The notes under the pieces were generated by a model. The model ran no database searches. It saw only the letters and a program-made list of their open reading frames with translations, and had not been told where the DNA came from. Shown piece by piece: positions 12,860-25,855 of a stretch of 64,000 bases of DNA. Both the position numbers and the translations under genes were made by a program. This DNA is from Lama glama (lineage: Eukaryota): positions 10,540,001 to 10,604,000 of the forward strand of contig CM052840.1 of NCBI GenBank assembly GCA_028534125.1, read 5' to 3'. Numbering within the stretch: the stretch's first letter is position 1; each line of letters begins with the position of its first letter.

Positions 12860-13800
12860 GGAGTATGGCATATTGAAAATATAAGTTTGGAGTTTAAGAG
12901 AAAGTTCCAGCTGGGGCTGTTGATCTACAGACCATCTGTAGTGAAGTGCATGAGGATAAGATCTCCCAGGATTAATGTGAGTTTTAAAAGAGACAAACAT
13001 CAAATCCTGGAGAAAACTGATATTTGGGATGAGCAGAGGCTAAAATTCCTTTGAATGAGATGGAGAAATTTGGAAGGGGGAGCGCCCAGAACCCAAGCAA
13101 GGCAAGAGTACCGTGGAGGTGGGTGCTGAGCAAAGTGGGATGCCACAGGATGTTAGAGAAGATAAGACTAAAATGGCCAATTAATTCCTAACAAATTAGA
13201 CACCTTAGTTGAAGCAGTTTTGGTTATGCTGTGGGATATAAACACAGAATTTTTCTCCCAGAAGCTAGAAGAGGNNNNNNNNNNNNNNNNNNNNNNNNNN
13301 NNNNNNNNNNNNNNNNNNNNNNNNNNNNNNNNNNNNNNNNNNNNNNNNNNNNNNNNNNNNNNNNNNNNNNNNNNNNNNNNNNNNNNNNNNNNNNNNNNNN
13401 NNNNNNNNNNNNNNNNNNNNNNNNNNNNNNNNNNNNNNNNNNNNNNNNNNNNNNNNNNNNNNNNNNNNNNNNNNNNNNNNNNNNNNNNAATGGGAGCTAC
13501 TTGAATATATTTAAATTGAGAGCAAAATATAGGAGGAGTGTGGAAATATAGGAAAGAAAAAACAGAATGCTGGACAAGATTAGATAGCTAATTCTCTGAG
13601 ATGGGAAGTAATGAGAAAAAAATAGCTGTGGAGGGAGATAAGTTTTAAGGATGAGGGAATTCATGCCTGGTCACCAAGCTGATCTCTGAAGCTGTCTCCT
13701 AGAGAACACAGACAAGGAAATGGGGTGAAGCTTAAGAAGCATGGTAATTGCAGGACATGGCACTGGAGGGAAGGAAAAATGGAGCCAAGACCTAAGGAAA
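12860..13800 (-). mobile_element. L2 LINE fragment spanning a gap
   Basis: Purine-rich decayed L2 body (..agaagataagactaaaatggcca..). Confidence 0.55.
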
Positions 13801-16800
13801 CAGCAAAAAAGTGTTCAGTAACTTCTACAAAAAATGAAGGTGTATTACCCTATGATAAAAAATAGAAAAAAATATCAATAATATAAATCCTACAAAATAC
13901 CCATGATTTATGCAATAACTTCCATCATGTTCTATAGAACTTTACTTCAGACGTTGAAACCAGACATGATTGACAGACTCCACCCCCATAAAAAAGCTGA
14001 ATTCTGCTTTATTAAAACTAATGAAACATTAAATATCAATATACTTCATATGTTTGAAACAACAGAATTCAAAACTAATGAAAGTCAATAAATTAAGAGA
14101 AGGACAAGCTGAAGTAGGATTGTCTGGAAAGTAAAATTTCTTGGCCACACTAACCTTCAATTTTATTACTCTTATTACTTATAAACTACCTAAAAAGCCC
14201 AGGGGTTCAAGTTGAGTGTGCCCCCAAATGCTAAGGTCTGCAGTTCTGTCTTGACTCTCAGACTTTTTATTTTTTTGAGAATACTTCTTATTTCCTCTTG
14301 ATTGATTTTCTTCTAGCAATGTCAACCCGTTTAAGTAGAACTGACATACAGTACCTCCTTAGGTCTAACGAAGAGCTGGGAACCTGGGAAAAGGTTTACA
14401 AGAGCATGGAATTATCAGTCATCCCCCCTCTGCCCACATCTGTATTAAAGACATGTAAAGACATTTCTAGAACCTAGTTTAGTAGACAGCATGTACTCAG
14501 TGAGAAACTATTTATTTATAAAATATTAAATTGAGTGAAATAAAATGTGTATATGCTCTCCCAAAATTAACCTGAAACTTGGCACACTGGCTAAAAATAC
14601 TTTGAAATATCTCTCAAAGGAACAATTTTTAGATACTGCATTTTAGAAGTGAAATAACTGTATCAGATAATTGGCAGCAATGTCGTTTTCCCAGGTACTT
14701 ATGCCAAGAGCATGGCAGACATCCATGATGGCTTGATGTAGATCAGAAAGGACTGAGACAGCATTTCATGCTTACAGAACTAGAGACATTTGGAAGGGGA
14801 AGTTAGCCTCATTTGCCATGTTAAACCCAAGCCATGTGCATGGAGCTGCTCTTCCTCACTAGCCAGGCCCTAGTCATCCCAGCCTTATTTACCACTCCCT
14901 CTGGATTTCTCATAATAGCCTGACGCATGCCAAATTGGTCAGAACTCCAGTTACGAAGTCTGATTGAAGGTCTTCCTGTAGATGACAAGTCTTTGTATGT
15001 GCCTAACCAGCCAGGATATCATCCCCTTTTCCAGGTCCATCCTCTGAACTTGCAGGAATGAACCATCTAAAAGTACTTAGGAAGAAGAGAAACACATACT
15101 ACCTTCTAGAGGAGAGGAGAGCCAAAGATCTCTCTTCTTTCCTGGATTCCCCACCCAAGGCCCTAATTTGCTTCTGTTATTAGCTGTTACAACATTCTCT
15201 TGATCATTCAGAACACCAGGCTCTCAACACAATGAATTTATACATTGATACATGGTTTTAAAATATGCATGAGCACTTCCAGGACTTTGAGAGACCCTCT
15301 TGAAATAGTGTGTTCAGACTCTCTGGAACATGTAATCTGTAAACACATGGTGAAGAAATGACTCGGAGGCTTTGGAGAGTGGAATGAGGAAAAGGGCAAT
15401 TGACTCATCATGATAAATAAACTCTGTGTAACACGGATGAAATGGAGATTTTAAACTGCAAAGTTATTGTAAATTTTCTAGTTATCTAGGTCTCTGAATT
15501 ACAAACACTGGAAACCCATTCTGCCTTCCTGCTTCACACTGACAGCAACACTTTGCTTGGTCACATTTGAGATCTTGTGGCTTTTGCTTCATTCCATTGT
15601 TGACGCCTCCTCTTTTGTTTTCTCAAAATGGAAATATTTGTTCTGTCTGCGTTCTAATTGCTTGCTTTGGTGTCTTACTATGCATGAGGGCTGTGGTAAC
15701 TCAGATGACTCAGGACCCCTTGCTATGTGCTGGGATTTCATATCTCATGACATAAGTTGGCATAGCTATCAGCCACCCTGTTCTATGCGCCTGCCTAAAT
15801 TGCAGTTATGTCTCTGATTGAAAGTCAGTATTATTTTATTCCTCTCTATAGAGAGGAAACCCAGAACTATCATTCTGTACACACACCAAACCACAGGAGC
15901 CTGGGTGAGGGTCTGTAATGATGTGGTCTCCTATACAGCTCATTTGCAAGCTTTCGACAAATCACCTGGACTTTTCTTTGTCTAGACTACCTCACTGCGT
16001 TGAAGAGCTCCTTTGCTAGACGGGTGTGGGGGTAAAAGGGCACGAATAGGCCTTCAAGTCTTGCCAAGAGAAGAGGAGAGAAAACCAGGATTAGAACCAA
16101 GAAAACAAAACAGAACCTGAAATCCTTGAAGGGACTGCTTCCTAGAGCACACACGCTAGGTTTAAAAGTGATCTGGGAGGTTGTGTTCTAGTAAGACTGG
16201 AATCACATCCATTAATAGCAGAGAACACATTAAACATTGTATAAAAATCCCAAGAAGAAATGGGCTTCTTGAGAGAAGACAGTTGCTAAGGAGGGAAGTG
16301 GCACTGCTCAGTTTCTCCCCTACCAGCACTGATGGGAATTCTTCTGCTTTGTTCTGCTTTCCTGGCATCGTCCCAGTTTGTTTTTTCAGACTGACAGAAA
16401 ATGGGCTTGTGTGGGACACTCTGACTTCTCTCTGGCTCATGCCTGTGGCGAACGCTAAGAGAAATTGGTTTTCTTGGCTCTAAGTTTCCTCGGATAAAAG
16501 GGTCGGCTCAGCTCTAATAACAGCAGGTTGCATTTTACCATTCTTAAGAGCGTGAGATGAAAATGAATGTTGATATGTCCGGACAGTATGGACGTAGGCT
16601 AGGGAGAGGAACCCCAAAGGGGCCCACAGATCGCTGCAGTAGACTGGAAGACTGTGGTACAAGACTGGCCCCTCCTGGGCTGGAGCTGTGACTTTGGTTG
16701 CCAACATGCTAAGGCTCAGAAACATCAATGTCTTTAGCCAAATTTTCAAGTCTCTGCTGGTTAATTCACTTCCCAAGTCTCCTCTGTTCAGTTCATTTCT

Positions 16801-17252
16801 TTTTCTCCCCATGCTCAAAGACTTAGTTGTTTCCTAGAATATGATGATTGGTTTCACTTTGCAGCTGTCTTTTGTCTCAATTATGTCTCCCTTGATGGAT
16901 CTAATTTTGAGTTTGATCGAGCTGTTAGTGGTCCACAAGTTTGAAGGATTTTTTTTCCCCTACCTCTATAAATTCTTTGTGCATTGCAAGGATATTTTTC
17001 TGGAATAAATATACTGATAAATCCTCAAACTGGATGTAAACTGAAGAACTGATCTGTGTTCGTTCCAGCAAGACAAGGAAATGACCTAGGTTCCTGTTTC
17101 CAAATCTGAGGAAATCATTGAGGCAAAAGCCATGAAGGGCCCAGAGTCTGTTTTACATAACTGGTCCTAGGCTGGGTGCAGATAATCTGGGCTGGGCGGG
17201 GCCATGCTTGCGTCTTTATCACATATTCTCTTCATTATTATATTGATTAACT

Positions 17253-17455
17253 CAGTGGTTTTCAGCCAGGTATGACTCTCCCTTCCCTGCCCCACCCAGG
17301 AAATATTTGTCAATGTTTGGAGTCACTTTGGGTTGTCACTGCTTTGGAATTTAGAGCGTAGAGGCCAGGAATGATGCTAAACATCCTACAAAAGGACAGT
17401 ACTCCACAAGAAAGACTTCACTCTGAGGTCAACAGGATCCAGACTGAGAAGCCAA
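17253..17455. mobile_element. MER20 hAT MITE
   Basis: cagtggttttcagcc..caatgtttggag..gggttgtcac..gtagaggccagg..atgctaaacatcctaca..tgagaagcc. Confidence 0.85.
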
Positions 17456-18921
17456 TTAGATTGATCTGCCAGATGGCTCTGCCACTCACTCACATTTCTC
17501 CAGATGCGTGGAATTCAGAACTCTCTCTATCCACTCCATAGCAACTGATTCAGCATTTTACTTTCTCAGGAGCTGATGCATTCTTCTTACAATGCTGGAT
17601 AACTCTTTGAATTTTTTCACTCAGTTCTGGCAGAACTGGAATCATCTGATGCTTTGGCATAGGAAATTTATGATCCAAATTAATCATCCATAAGACTTTG
17701 TTTATGCTTCTGATTTGGGACAAAGGTGTCCTAATTTTTTTGTGCTTAGTATGCTAGTATGTTTTTATCTTTCAAAAACATATTTAAGCATTCTAGTCAA
17801 TTGAACTTTCTTGCAAAAATTATTCATTGTCTCTGAGGAAAAAAGAGCTCTCTCCACTCTTATAAATTCTACAGGATCCCACCCAAAATTCACCTTCTTT
17901 CTTTGAAGCCTCATACTTTCCTTCTTACACATTCTCAAGATCCCACTGAAATAATTCTTCTGTGAAGCCTCTCAAACATAAGCTACTTTCCTTCCTAGGT
18001 TTCAGAAGCATTTTCTAGATCACTGTATCATGACTCTTTGTCTCTAATGTCAGCTCCCCCATCAGACTGAGAATTACCTAAGGCTGAGCCGGGCTCGCTT
18101 CACCTTAAGGTGGTTCTGCAGTCTGGGAGGGTAAGAGAGGAAGCACACTGTGAAATGTGTTGGGTAAGTCCAACACAAGTTCAGAAGGGACAAAGTACAC
18201 CTTAAAAAAATTTGACATAAACACAAAATATGTCATCAGTGGTAACTTGCTATAATATTAAAATCTACCTTGACATTAATCTTTCATAGGAATAACTAAG
18301 TAATTATATTTCAAAGGGTATTGATTTATAGGCCTGGCACTATTTCTGAAACTTGATCTCTTGAGAAATATCATATGTAATGTGGAACTACTATAATTTT
18401 TTACAGTACGGTATATCTACTCTATGAAAGTAAGAAGAGAATGAAAGGGGGTTCATATACTCAAAACGCTTCAACTGTGACTTAAAAAATTTTATATCAA
18501 TCAGTGGTTTCAAGCCAGTATAGGAAAAACAGTTCAATTCCTGTATTTCTAACCATTTTCAATTTTGCCTATACCCCTTAACACATCTCTTTCACTTTGT
18601 TGAGTGATCTTTAGCATTTAAAAATACGTGGTTTTAGTTTCCTGAGTGTTAAAACTCTGTTCCGTTTTCCTATCTTTATCTCTGGTGATTTGTGTGCACG
18701 TTGTAAAGAACTGTAAACTATCAGACTCTCTGGATCTTCCCATTCCTTCAGCATATGAAGTTATGCAAATCTCAGAGTTCAAAGCTAACATCAGGCACAC
18801 CAACTCATTCATGAGAGAAAATAAGCTTGAATATTGTATATCATTAAATATAGTACATCTAAAATATGACTGTTTTGCAAGGTCGTTTCATTAACCAAAA
18901 AAACCCCACCTTATTAATTAG

Positions 18922-19366
18922 TGTGAAAAAAAAATCAAAATGGACTCAGCATTGCTAAGATAGCTCTCTAAAATGGAGCCAGGAGACCACTAAGGAAGTG
19001 GGACTTACACACATCTTAGCCCGATAGAATCTAAACTCTGACCTCTTACTGTCTTAACACAGGCATCCCGAACATCTGCACAATGTTCCAGAAACTAAAG
19101 ATACTTATCGAACCCTTACCCTAAACAGCTCATGTCAGCCTAAACGTTAAGGACAAATATTTCTTTCTTGCATCAGAGCCAATCATAATTCTTGCCAGAC
19201 AATTTTAACAACCTTGTACCTTTGGACTCTATAAGCCCCTGAGTCTTTCGCTTCCCTAGTAAATTATTTCCTTTTACCTAAATCTCTGTCTCCTAGACTG
19301 CAATTCCTAAGACACCAAATAAAGCTCTCTGTGGTTTGGAGCCTCAGTACTGATTATTGTTCAACA
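18922..19366 (+). mobile_element. ERV1-type LTR (~445 bp)
   Basis: TG...CA termini (tgtgaaa..ttcaaca), aaaatggactc U3 start, CCAAT at ~19179, TATAA at ~19230, AATAAA at 19318-19323; followed by ERV internal sequence. Confidence 0.85.
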
Positions 19367-19890
19367 TTACACAGAGGCAGAACTGGGAGCCAGACTCTCC
19401 TCTGTCTCTGTTGCTGTGGATGCAAGTAAGGGGCCTCTGGGAGTCTCCTGAACTCTGTTGTCTCCTGGGTGGCCCACGGCCATGAGGTTAAGTCCTCTTC
19501 ATTCAGATCCTCCCATTTTGGCCGAGGTTCCCAGCCTTTCTCAGGGTGTCCTCTGCTGCCAGCTTTACATGGAAAGGGAATCCTTCATCCTGGTGAGTAC
19601 TCAGTTATGGGGAGTTCTGTTTCTAAGGGCACTGCAGAGGGGCAGCCATGGTGAGGAACTTCAGCTCATTTTACGGTAAAAACTTGCAAGTGGTCCTCTT
19701 GAAAATTTCTGTTGCATGGACTTGACTGGCCCACTTGATGATCATTTGGGATTCCTAACATTAATTTATTTGCAAGCTCAATTGGAGAAAAGCTATAGAA
19801 CAGTTCATCCAGAAAGAGAAACATATTTCAGTCAGTATTCTGAGGACTCCAAATGTAATAATGAATCCACCTTTGCTTCCCTTAGAGAAA
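19367..19890 (+). mobile_element. ERV leader plus decayed gag matrix, copy B
   Basis: Donor CTG|GTGAGT at 19593, ATG at 19607 giving MGSSVSKGTAEGQPW*, then DWPT**SFGIP / LIYLQAQLEK..ETYFSQYSEDSKCNNE..ASLRE. No intact primer-binding site recognised. Runs into a gap. Confidence 0.8.
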
Positions 19891-21009
19891 NNNNNNNNNN
19901 NNNNNNNNNNNNNNNNNNNNNNNNNNNNNNNNNNNNNNNNNNNNNNNNNNNNNNNNNNNNNNNNNNNNNNNNNNNNNNNNNNNNNNNNNNNNNNNNNNNN
20001 NNNNNNNNNNNNNNNNNNNNNNNNNNNNNNNNNNNNNNNNNNNNNNNNNNNNNNNNNNNNNNNNNNNNNNNNNNNNNNNNNNNNNNNNNNNNNNNNNNNN
20101 NNNNNNNNNNNNNNNNNNNNNNNNNNNNNNNNNNNNNNNNNNNNNNNNNNNNNNNNNNNNNNNNNNNNNNNNNNNNNNNNNNNNNNNNNNNNNNNNNNNN
20201 NNNNNNNNNNNNNNNNNNNNNNNNNNNNNNNNNNNNNNNNNNNNNNNNNNNNNNNNNNNNNNNNNNNNNNNNNNNNNNNNNNNNNNNNNNNNNNNNNNNN
20301 NNNNNNNNNNNNNNNNNNNNNNNNNNNNNNNNNNNNNNNNNNNNNNNNNNNNNNNNNNNNNNNNNNNNNNNNNNNNNNNNNNNNNNNNNNTCTCAGAACA
20401 GTTTCCCCACTTGGGCCCTCAAAATAAGTTTTCAAAGAATTTTACTATATTTAATTCAGAACCCACATTAAAAACAAACAAACAAAACAAAACCCCTCCA
20501 AACCCACACACAATTAGAGCAGGGAAGTTCTGACTTACCCTCAAAACTTATGCTTCACAAGCAGATTTAAGGAAAATTTCTCTCTGTCTCAACATAACAT
20601 TAAGGCAAAGATTACTACACAGTGACAAAGCTAAATCATCTCAGGAGGATAGAGTTCCTCGCTCACTAATCATTATCATCCACCAAGAACTAGTATGCTG
20701 TTAATACTTGTAAAGCTCTCTGGACTGGAAATTCATTACTAGCAAAAGTATGAGTCCATCTTTATTCTATGTAATTAATCTAATTTGACTTCCAGTCACT
20801 GCTTAGCAGAAATGGACCCTGACTTCCTTCTCCGTGAAGAATAGGATCTTTACTTGGGGGAACAGCGGATCTGTGAGCAGGAATGTGTTATAATTACATC
20901 TGTATTTTAAGAATATTTATCTGAAGGTATGTTTCTGTACTATTAGATGTTCCTCATTATGTTATACTCAGCCATTCTTTTAACAGAGGTTAAAGCTCAC
21001 CCAGAATTA

Positions 21010-21605
21010 CATTTGAGCTCTTTACCAAGGCTGTGACACTGCATAGGATCTGGCCCTTGCCTGCTTTTCCACCTCAAATTGTGCCACTGTTGTTTGCACA
21101 CTAAGCTCTGAGCACATTCACCTCTAACTTTTTTTTTTTTGCAGGGAGGGAAGTAATTAGGTTTATTCACTTATTTATTTATTTAAGTGGTGTTACTGGG
21201 GATTGAACCCAGGACCTCATGCATGCTAGGCAAGCACTCTACCACTAAGCTATACCCTCCCCCAACAATTACCTCCAGAAGTTCCTAGAAAACACATGGT
21301 CTGCTCTTTCCCGGCTCAGGAACTCTGTGCTTTTCTCCCAACCTCTATCTAACTGGCTTCTTCTTAGCTGATAACCCCTCCAAGGAAATTTCCCCACCTA
21401 CTCAATCTAAAGCAACACATACCATTTTCTACATAGCAACTAACAAAACTATTTATTATTTACTTGTTCATTTGTCAGTCTCTGCCGCTGTAAAGTGAAG
21501 GCATGGATGATACAGTCACGGTCCTTCAGGGTATCCCCAGAGCTTGGCAAGGTGACCAATGTGCACAAGAAGCTCAAAAATATTTGTTGAATGAATAAAT
21601 TGAAT
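21010..21605 (+). mobile_element. L2 3' region, interrupted by a SINE
   Basis: ctgcataggatctggcccttgcc..gtatccccagagcttggca..ctcaaaaatatttgttgaatgaataaat L2 tail. Confidence 0.8.
21129..21263 (-). mobile_element. Vic-1-type camelid tRNA-derived SINE
   Basis: Reverse complement GGGGAGGGTATAGCTTAGTGGTAGAG..GGTTCAATCCCCAG (A and B boxes), AT-rich linker, poly-A. Confidence 0.9.
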
Positions 21606-23635
21606 GAAGCAGAACTAATGTTATCAGACAACTGGAAAGATGTTCCATTGCTTAGCGATACACCTAAACAAGTTGTTCAGCATCTAATTATGGTGCTTTG
21701 TATTGAGGTCACAGTGGGACATACTGGCTCAAGTAGGTAGAATATCCTACGAATTTGGCATTCCTTATTTAGGTTAGTAGATGTCTAATCTCTAGGTGGA
21801 ACTTCCTCTTTGCACACTTGCTCCTTCTTCCCTGTGTCGCCCACCTCCAACACTTTCTGACCATTATTTCTCATGCGAGGCTTGGTAATTTTCCTCATGA
21901 TTGAGAAATGGACAGCTCTGGATGGCCATGGATTGAGTTGCCCAAGACTTGGTGGTAAGTCATGACCTGCTGAAGGAGAGAGAGTTTTCTGAAGTGGAAG
22001 GGGCCTTTGGAGGACATCCAGCAGTTTTTGAAACTGTTCCAGCAATCCAACTGGTAGGTGCAGTACCTTCCCTGGCAATCTGGTTTCCTGATTTACGAAG
22101 TATGGGGCTGTTTATCATGCTTTTGATGGAAAATAAATGACTTAATTCCACTGTATGATGAAGTTCATATTGGAAATATTTGAATAGGTTTTTCAGGCCA
22201 CAGTTCTACAATTGGCTATGAAATTTTACAGTCTTGTTTCAAGGATATAAAAGTCTACGACTGGAGCCTCTACTTCAGGCTACAAATGGAAGAATTATAA
22301 AAGCTGAGGCCACAGCTGTGACACATTCCTTCTTGGCTTTGGAACCAAAAATACAATGAAGTAAAGAGTCAATGTATAGAAATAGGTAGGTTTGATTGAA
22401 GACTACTTATAAAATCGAGTTTCACCTGGAAGATGAATTAAATAATACTAATTAACACATCCCATGATTTCTAGAGTGAAATGCAATCAGAACTGTAAGA
22501 CACTTCATTCCTAAGCCAAGTTCATGTGGAAGGAGATTATTTGGCTTATAATTATTTTTATTGTGCCGGTGGACACAATGAGACAACAACAAAACAGTGG
22601 TCTTTTGGATGTTTGCAGGGAAGATCTTCTTTTGTTTATCATGTTGAACTTCATCCTTAAACATTATTTACCATAGCTCCATAACATAATAAAACTCATT
22701 CTTCCCAATTCACAGTTAGAAAATAACCCAAAGGACATATTTAAATAAATTGTCCAGGGTGATACAGAAGGTCAGCATCCATGGCTCTGAATGGATGCTA
22801 AAAGTTTTATATTTTCTAGAGCTGTTACCATTAAAGTAGCTCCTCATGTGCCTAATTATCATCTATCTGACATCTCTGAACACAGACAGTAACTGGCAAC
22901 CAAGTCAAAATGGTCTCTGAATAACTAAAACAGGTGATGGGAAGTCCATACACAGAATCTCATACATTTTGCTAGAAGACCACCTCACATCTACTATCTT
23001 GCCCACAAGCCTATGTACTTTTATTTTCCACTGAATTTTAATAAGCTTAGTTAGTTGGTTTACCATTACTAATAAAGCAGATTTACCAGTGAGAAACAAC
23101 AGCACTGCAGGGAGGGAAAGGCATAGTGTTCTCATGTGATGCAGCACAAATTATACAAATGAGAATTGTCTCAGCCTCATAAGGATGACATGACTTAACT
23201 GTAAAGCATTTTGAATGGTCTTTGGCACAGAGCAGCATTATGGGGAGCAACCTGTTGCTGCGTGGAGTTGAAGTCCTTCATACAGAGAATACATGTAATA
23301 TATAGCTGATAAAATAATAAATGGATGAAAATTTGGTCATTCTTTATTTGCTCACTTTCAGTAAATAAAATAGGGAAGAATATTAAATATGAGCCTAAGA
23401 GGATAAAAAAAACTGGACTGAGAAACTCTTTCTGCCATTTAGAATGAGAGGTGGGTTAACCCTACATGGATAGAACATTAGAGAATTTAATAATAAATCC
23501 AAAACAAGATATAAGGGCAAGACTGAAGGAAAATCCAAATTAAAGTTTTATATGCCCTTTGGCCCCATACGTGCTTACAAATAATATCTTCAGGGAATCC
23601 TACAGGGAAATTTAAAGAAAAAACTTAGATCAGAA

Positions 23636-23745
23636 TCTTCTCCCTCCCCCTCTTTTGCTGTCTTCCTTTTCCCCTCCTCCCTTCTTTCCTCCTCCTCCTC
23701 TTCTTTTTCTTCTTTTCTTTCTTTTCCTTCTCTTTCTTTTTTTTT
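23636..23745. repeat. CT-rich low-complexity tract
   Basis: Near-pure polypyrimidine run with CCT/CTT units. Confidence 0.9.
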
Positions 23746-24109
23746 AATACTAGGCAATATGGTACACTGATCCAGTCCTTAGCAAAAATGTGAAGTAGAT
23801 GTTTAGATGTTTTCTTCTTTAACTCTCAGGCTCCTTTTCTTTTTTTCTTTTGCTTTACCAGTGTTGTACCTCCCCCCAGTCCATGTGGCCCCTCTCCTTG
23901 CGCACTTGTACACCAGCCTTGGCAACCCAGGGATCTTTGGGTTGACCTTCAAACATCCTAGTGGTATTGTTCTTTCCAAGTCATATTCCAAATTATGGAA
24001 TGGAAGGTGTTACTCTCTTTTAAGGGAATTCCAGGCACCAGAATTGCCAGAAGACCGGTTGGGAAGGCAATCCGGGGATGAGGATAACGTCCTGGAACAT
24101 GTCTGGAGG

Positions 24110-24300
24110 CAACGTACTGAGTGGGTAGAAAATGTGGGCTTTGGAGTCAGGTCAAGTTGAGTCTAAATTCTGGCTTCTCACAGCTGGCAGTGTGGCTTTG
24201 GGTCTTCATTTGTATGAAAGGAATAATAATAAAGCCTGATTCGAAGGGTTGCTTTAAAAATTAAATCTGATTGTGTTTGTAAAATACCTAATAATGCACC
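24110..24300 (+). mobile_element. MIR SINE
   Basis: gggctttggagtcag..gtgtggctttggg..gggttgctttaaaaattaaat. Confidence 0.7.
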
Positions 24301-25734
24301 CAGGTCACAATCCGGCATGGAAGTTATGAGTTAGAGTTTTGGAGGGAGATAGGCAGAGGACCTGACTTTTGCCCAAGGGGAAATAATTTGACTCTCAGGC
24401 TTCTAGAGAACAGGGATAACAATGCTCTTCTCAGGATTGTTACTAAGGCTTAAATGCATGTAAAAACCTTCCTCCAGTTCTTGGAATGAACTCTAAATAA
24501 GTGGTGGCTACTATAATAACAGTGATAATTAGGTTGCTCTACTGTTGTGTGGGCTCAAGAATTGATAGATGTTATCCTGTTGCCATTATTACTATTGCAT
24601 CATTAGTATTCCTGAACTCATTTGGGAGATGGATGCTCTCATTATCTAAACAAAGTAGAATCCAGACTCTCATCAGTCATTTCACACAGCATTTGTTACG
24701 TAAGGAAAACTAAGTCAGTGTTTGAGAGCTCTGTTATATTTTTCCAGGGGAAAGCTAAGGATATGCAACATCATAATAGAGAAATCATTTAACCATTTCT
24801 GTCTCCAATTACTACTTAGCAAGGGTCATTGTATGTACCTACCTGATATAACAAGGTGACTGAATCTATTTTTAATGCCATCTCAGGCTATGGAAAATAG
24901 TTTAGAGCACTCCAGGTAAGCCTCTGTTATGAAATAGGATTCCAGTTCAGCTGTGTCTAGTCATGCCGAAGTGCCCTAACTTATGTTCTGATAGAAAAAC
25001 ATTTGGTTGTCTCCTTGTGCATACATGGGGGAGAAGGGAAAAAAAGAAACCAAGGAAAGGATCTGACCTTCTGATACTCGCTTGCTCCGCACTGCGTTTT
25101 GGCCAGTGCACAAGTAAAGAACAGCTAGAAACTATAGGCCGGCCCCACTGTTCTTCCTCATGAGCTACAACTCCGCCAAAGCTGGATACGAAATCAGAAA
25201 GAGAGTATTACTGCCCTACTGAGGCACACTGCTTTCCGCAGATCATGTTTTCCCAAAGAGCTACCCCTGAATGTGACTTGCTTGTATTCCAGTAATCCTT
25301 TTTTTCATGATCATGATTGAGATCCTTGAGGAAAAGGTCGGGAATGAGACCATTGTTCCTGGCACGCAGCAAACCCCAGAAACCAGTGCATTCAGAGGGC
25401 CAAGGGCTGAAGGAGACTCCTGAGCCACAGGCCAGCAAACTAGCAGGAGATTTTAGATGCCACAAACCATATGCATTCACTCATACTGCGAGGAACTAGG
25501 GAAGAGTCGCCCAGTGGGTCTATTCTACTGTCCCAAGGACAACAGAAAACGAAACTGCTAACCAGATGATACGTGAGGGTTGCAAACTGCCGAGCATAGC
25601 AAGAACACCGTCTCTTCCAGGACAACGCGTGCTTCGTAATCCCTGCTAAGCAGAACCAGTGGTTTGAATTGTCATCGTTGCTCTGTTCCCATTTCATTTT
25701 GCTCAGAGGTAGCCCTTGCTATTGAATGTTGCCT

Positions 25735-25855
25735 GTGGTGTACTGTTTGTCTCTCTAGTGGACTGGGAGCCTCTGGAGGACAGGACCATATTTCAGTCTC
25801 TGTTTATATTTCTAGTGCCTGGCACATTGCAAACACTCAGTAAATGTCTGTTGAA
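25735..25855 (+). mobile_element. L2 3' end
   Basis: gactgggagcctctggaggacaggacc..gtgcctggcaca..ctcagtaaatgtctgttgaa. Confidence 0.8.

Noticed and set aside
16162-16818. Cluster of 92-112-aa ORFs as possible coding exons
   Set aside because: No recognisable protein similarity or convincing splice-site pair.
21185-21263. tRNA-like sequence (also 38700-38767)
   Set aside because: SINE head with AT-rich linker and poly-A (plus a TSD in the second copy); not a tRNA gene.
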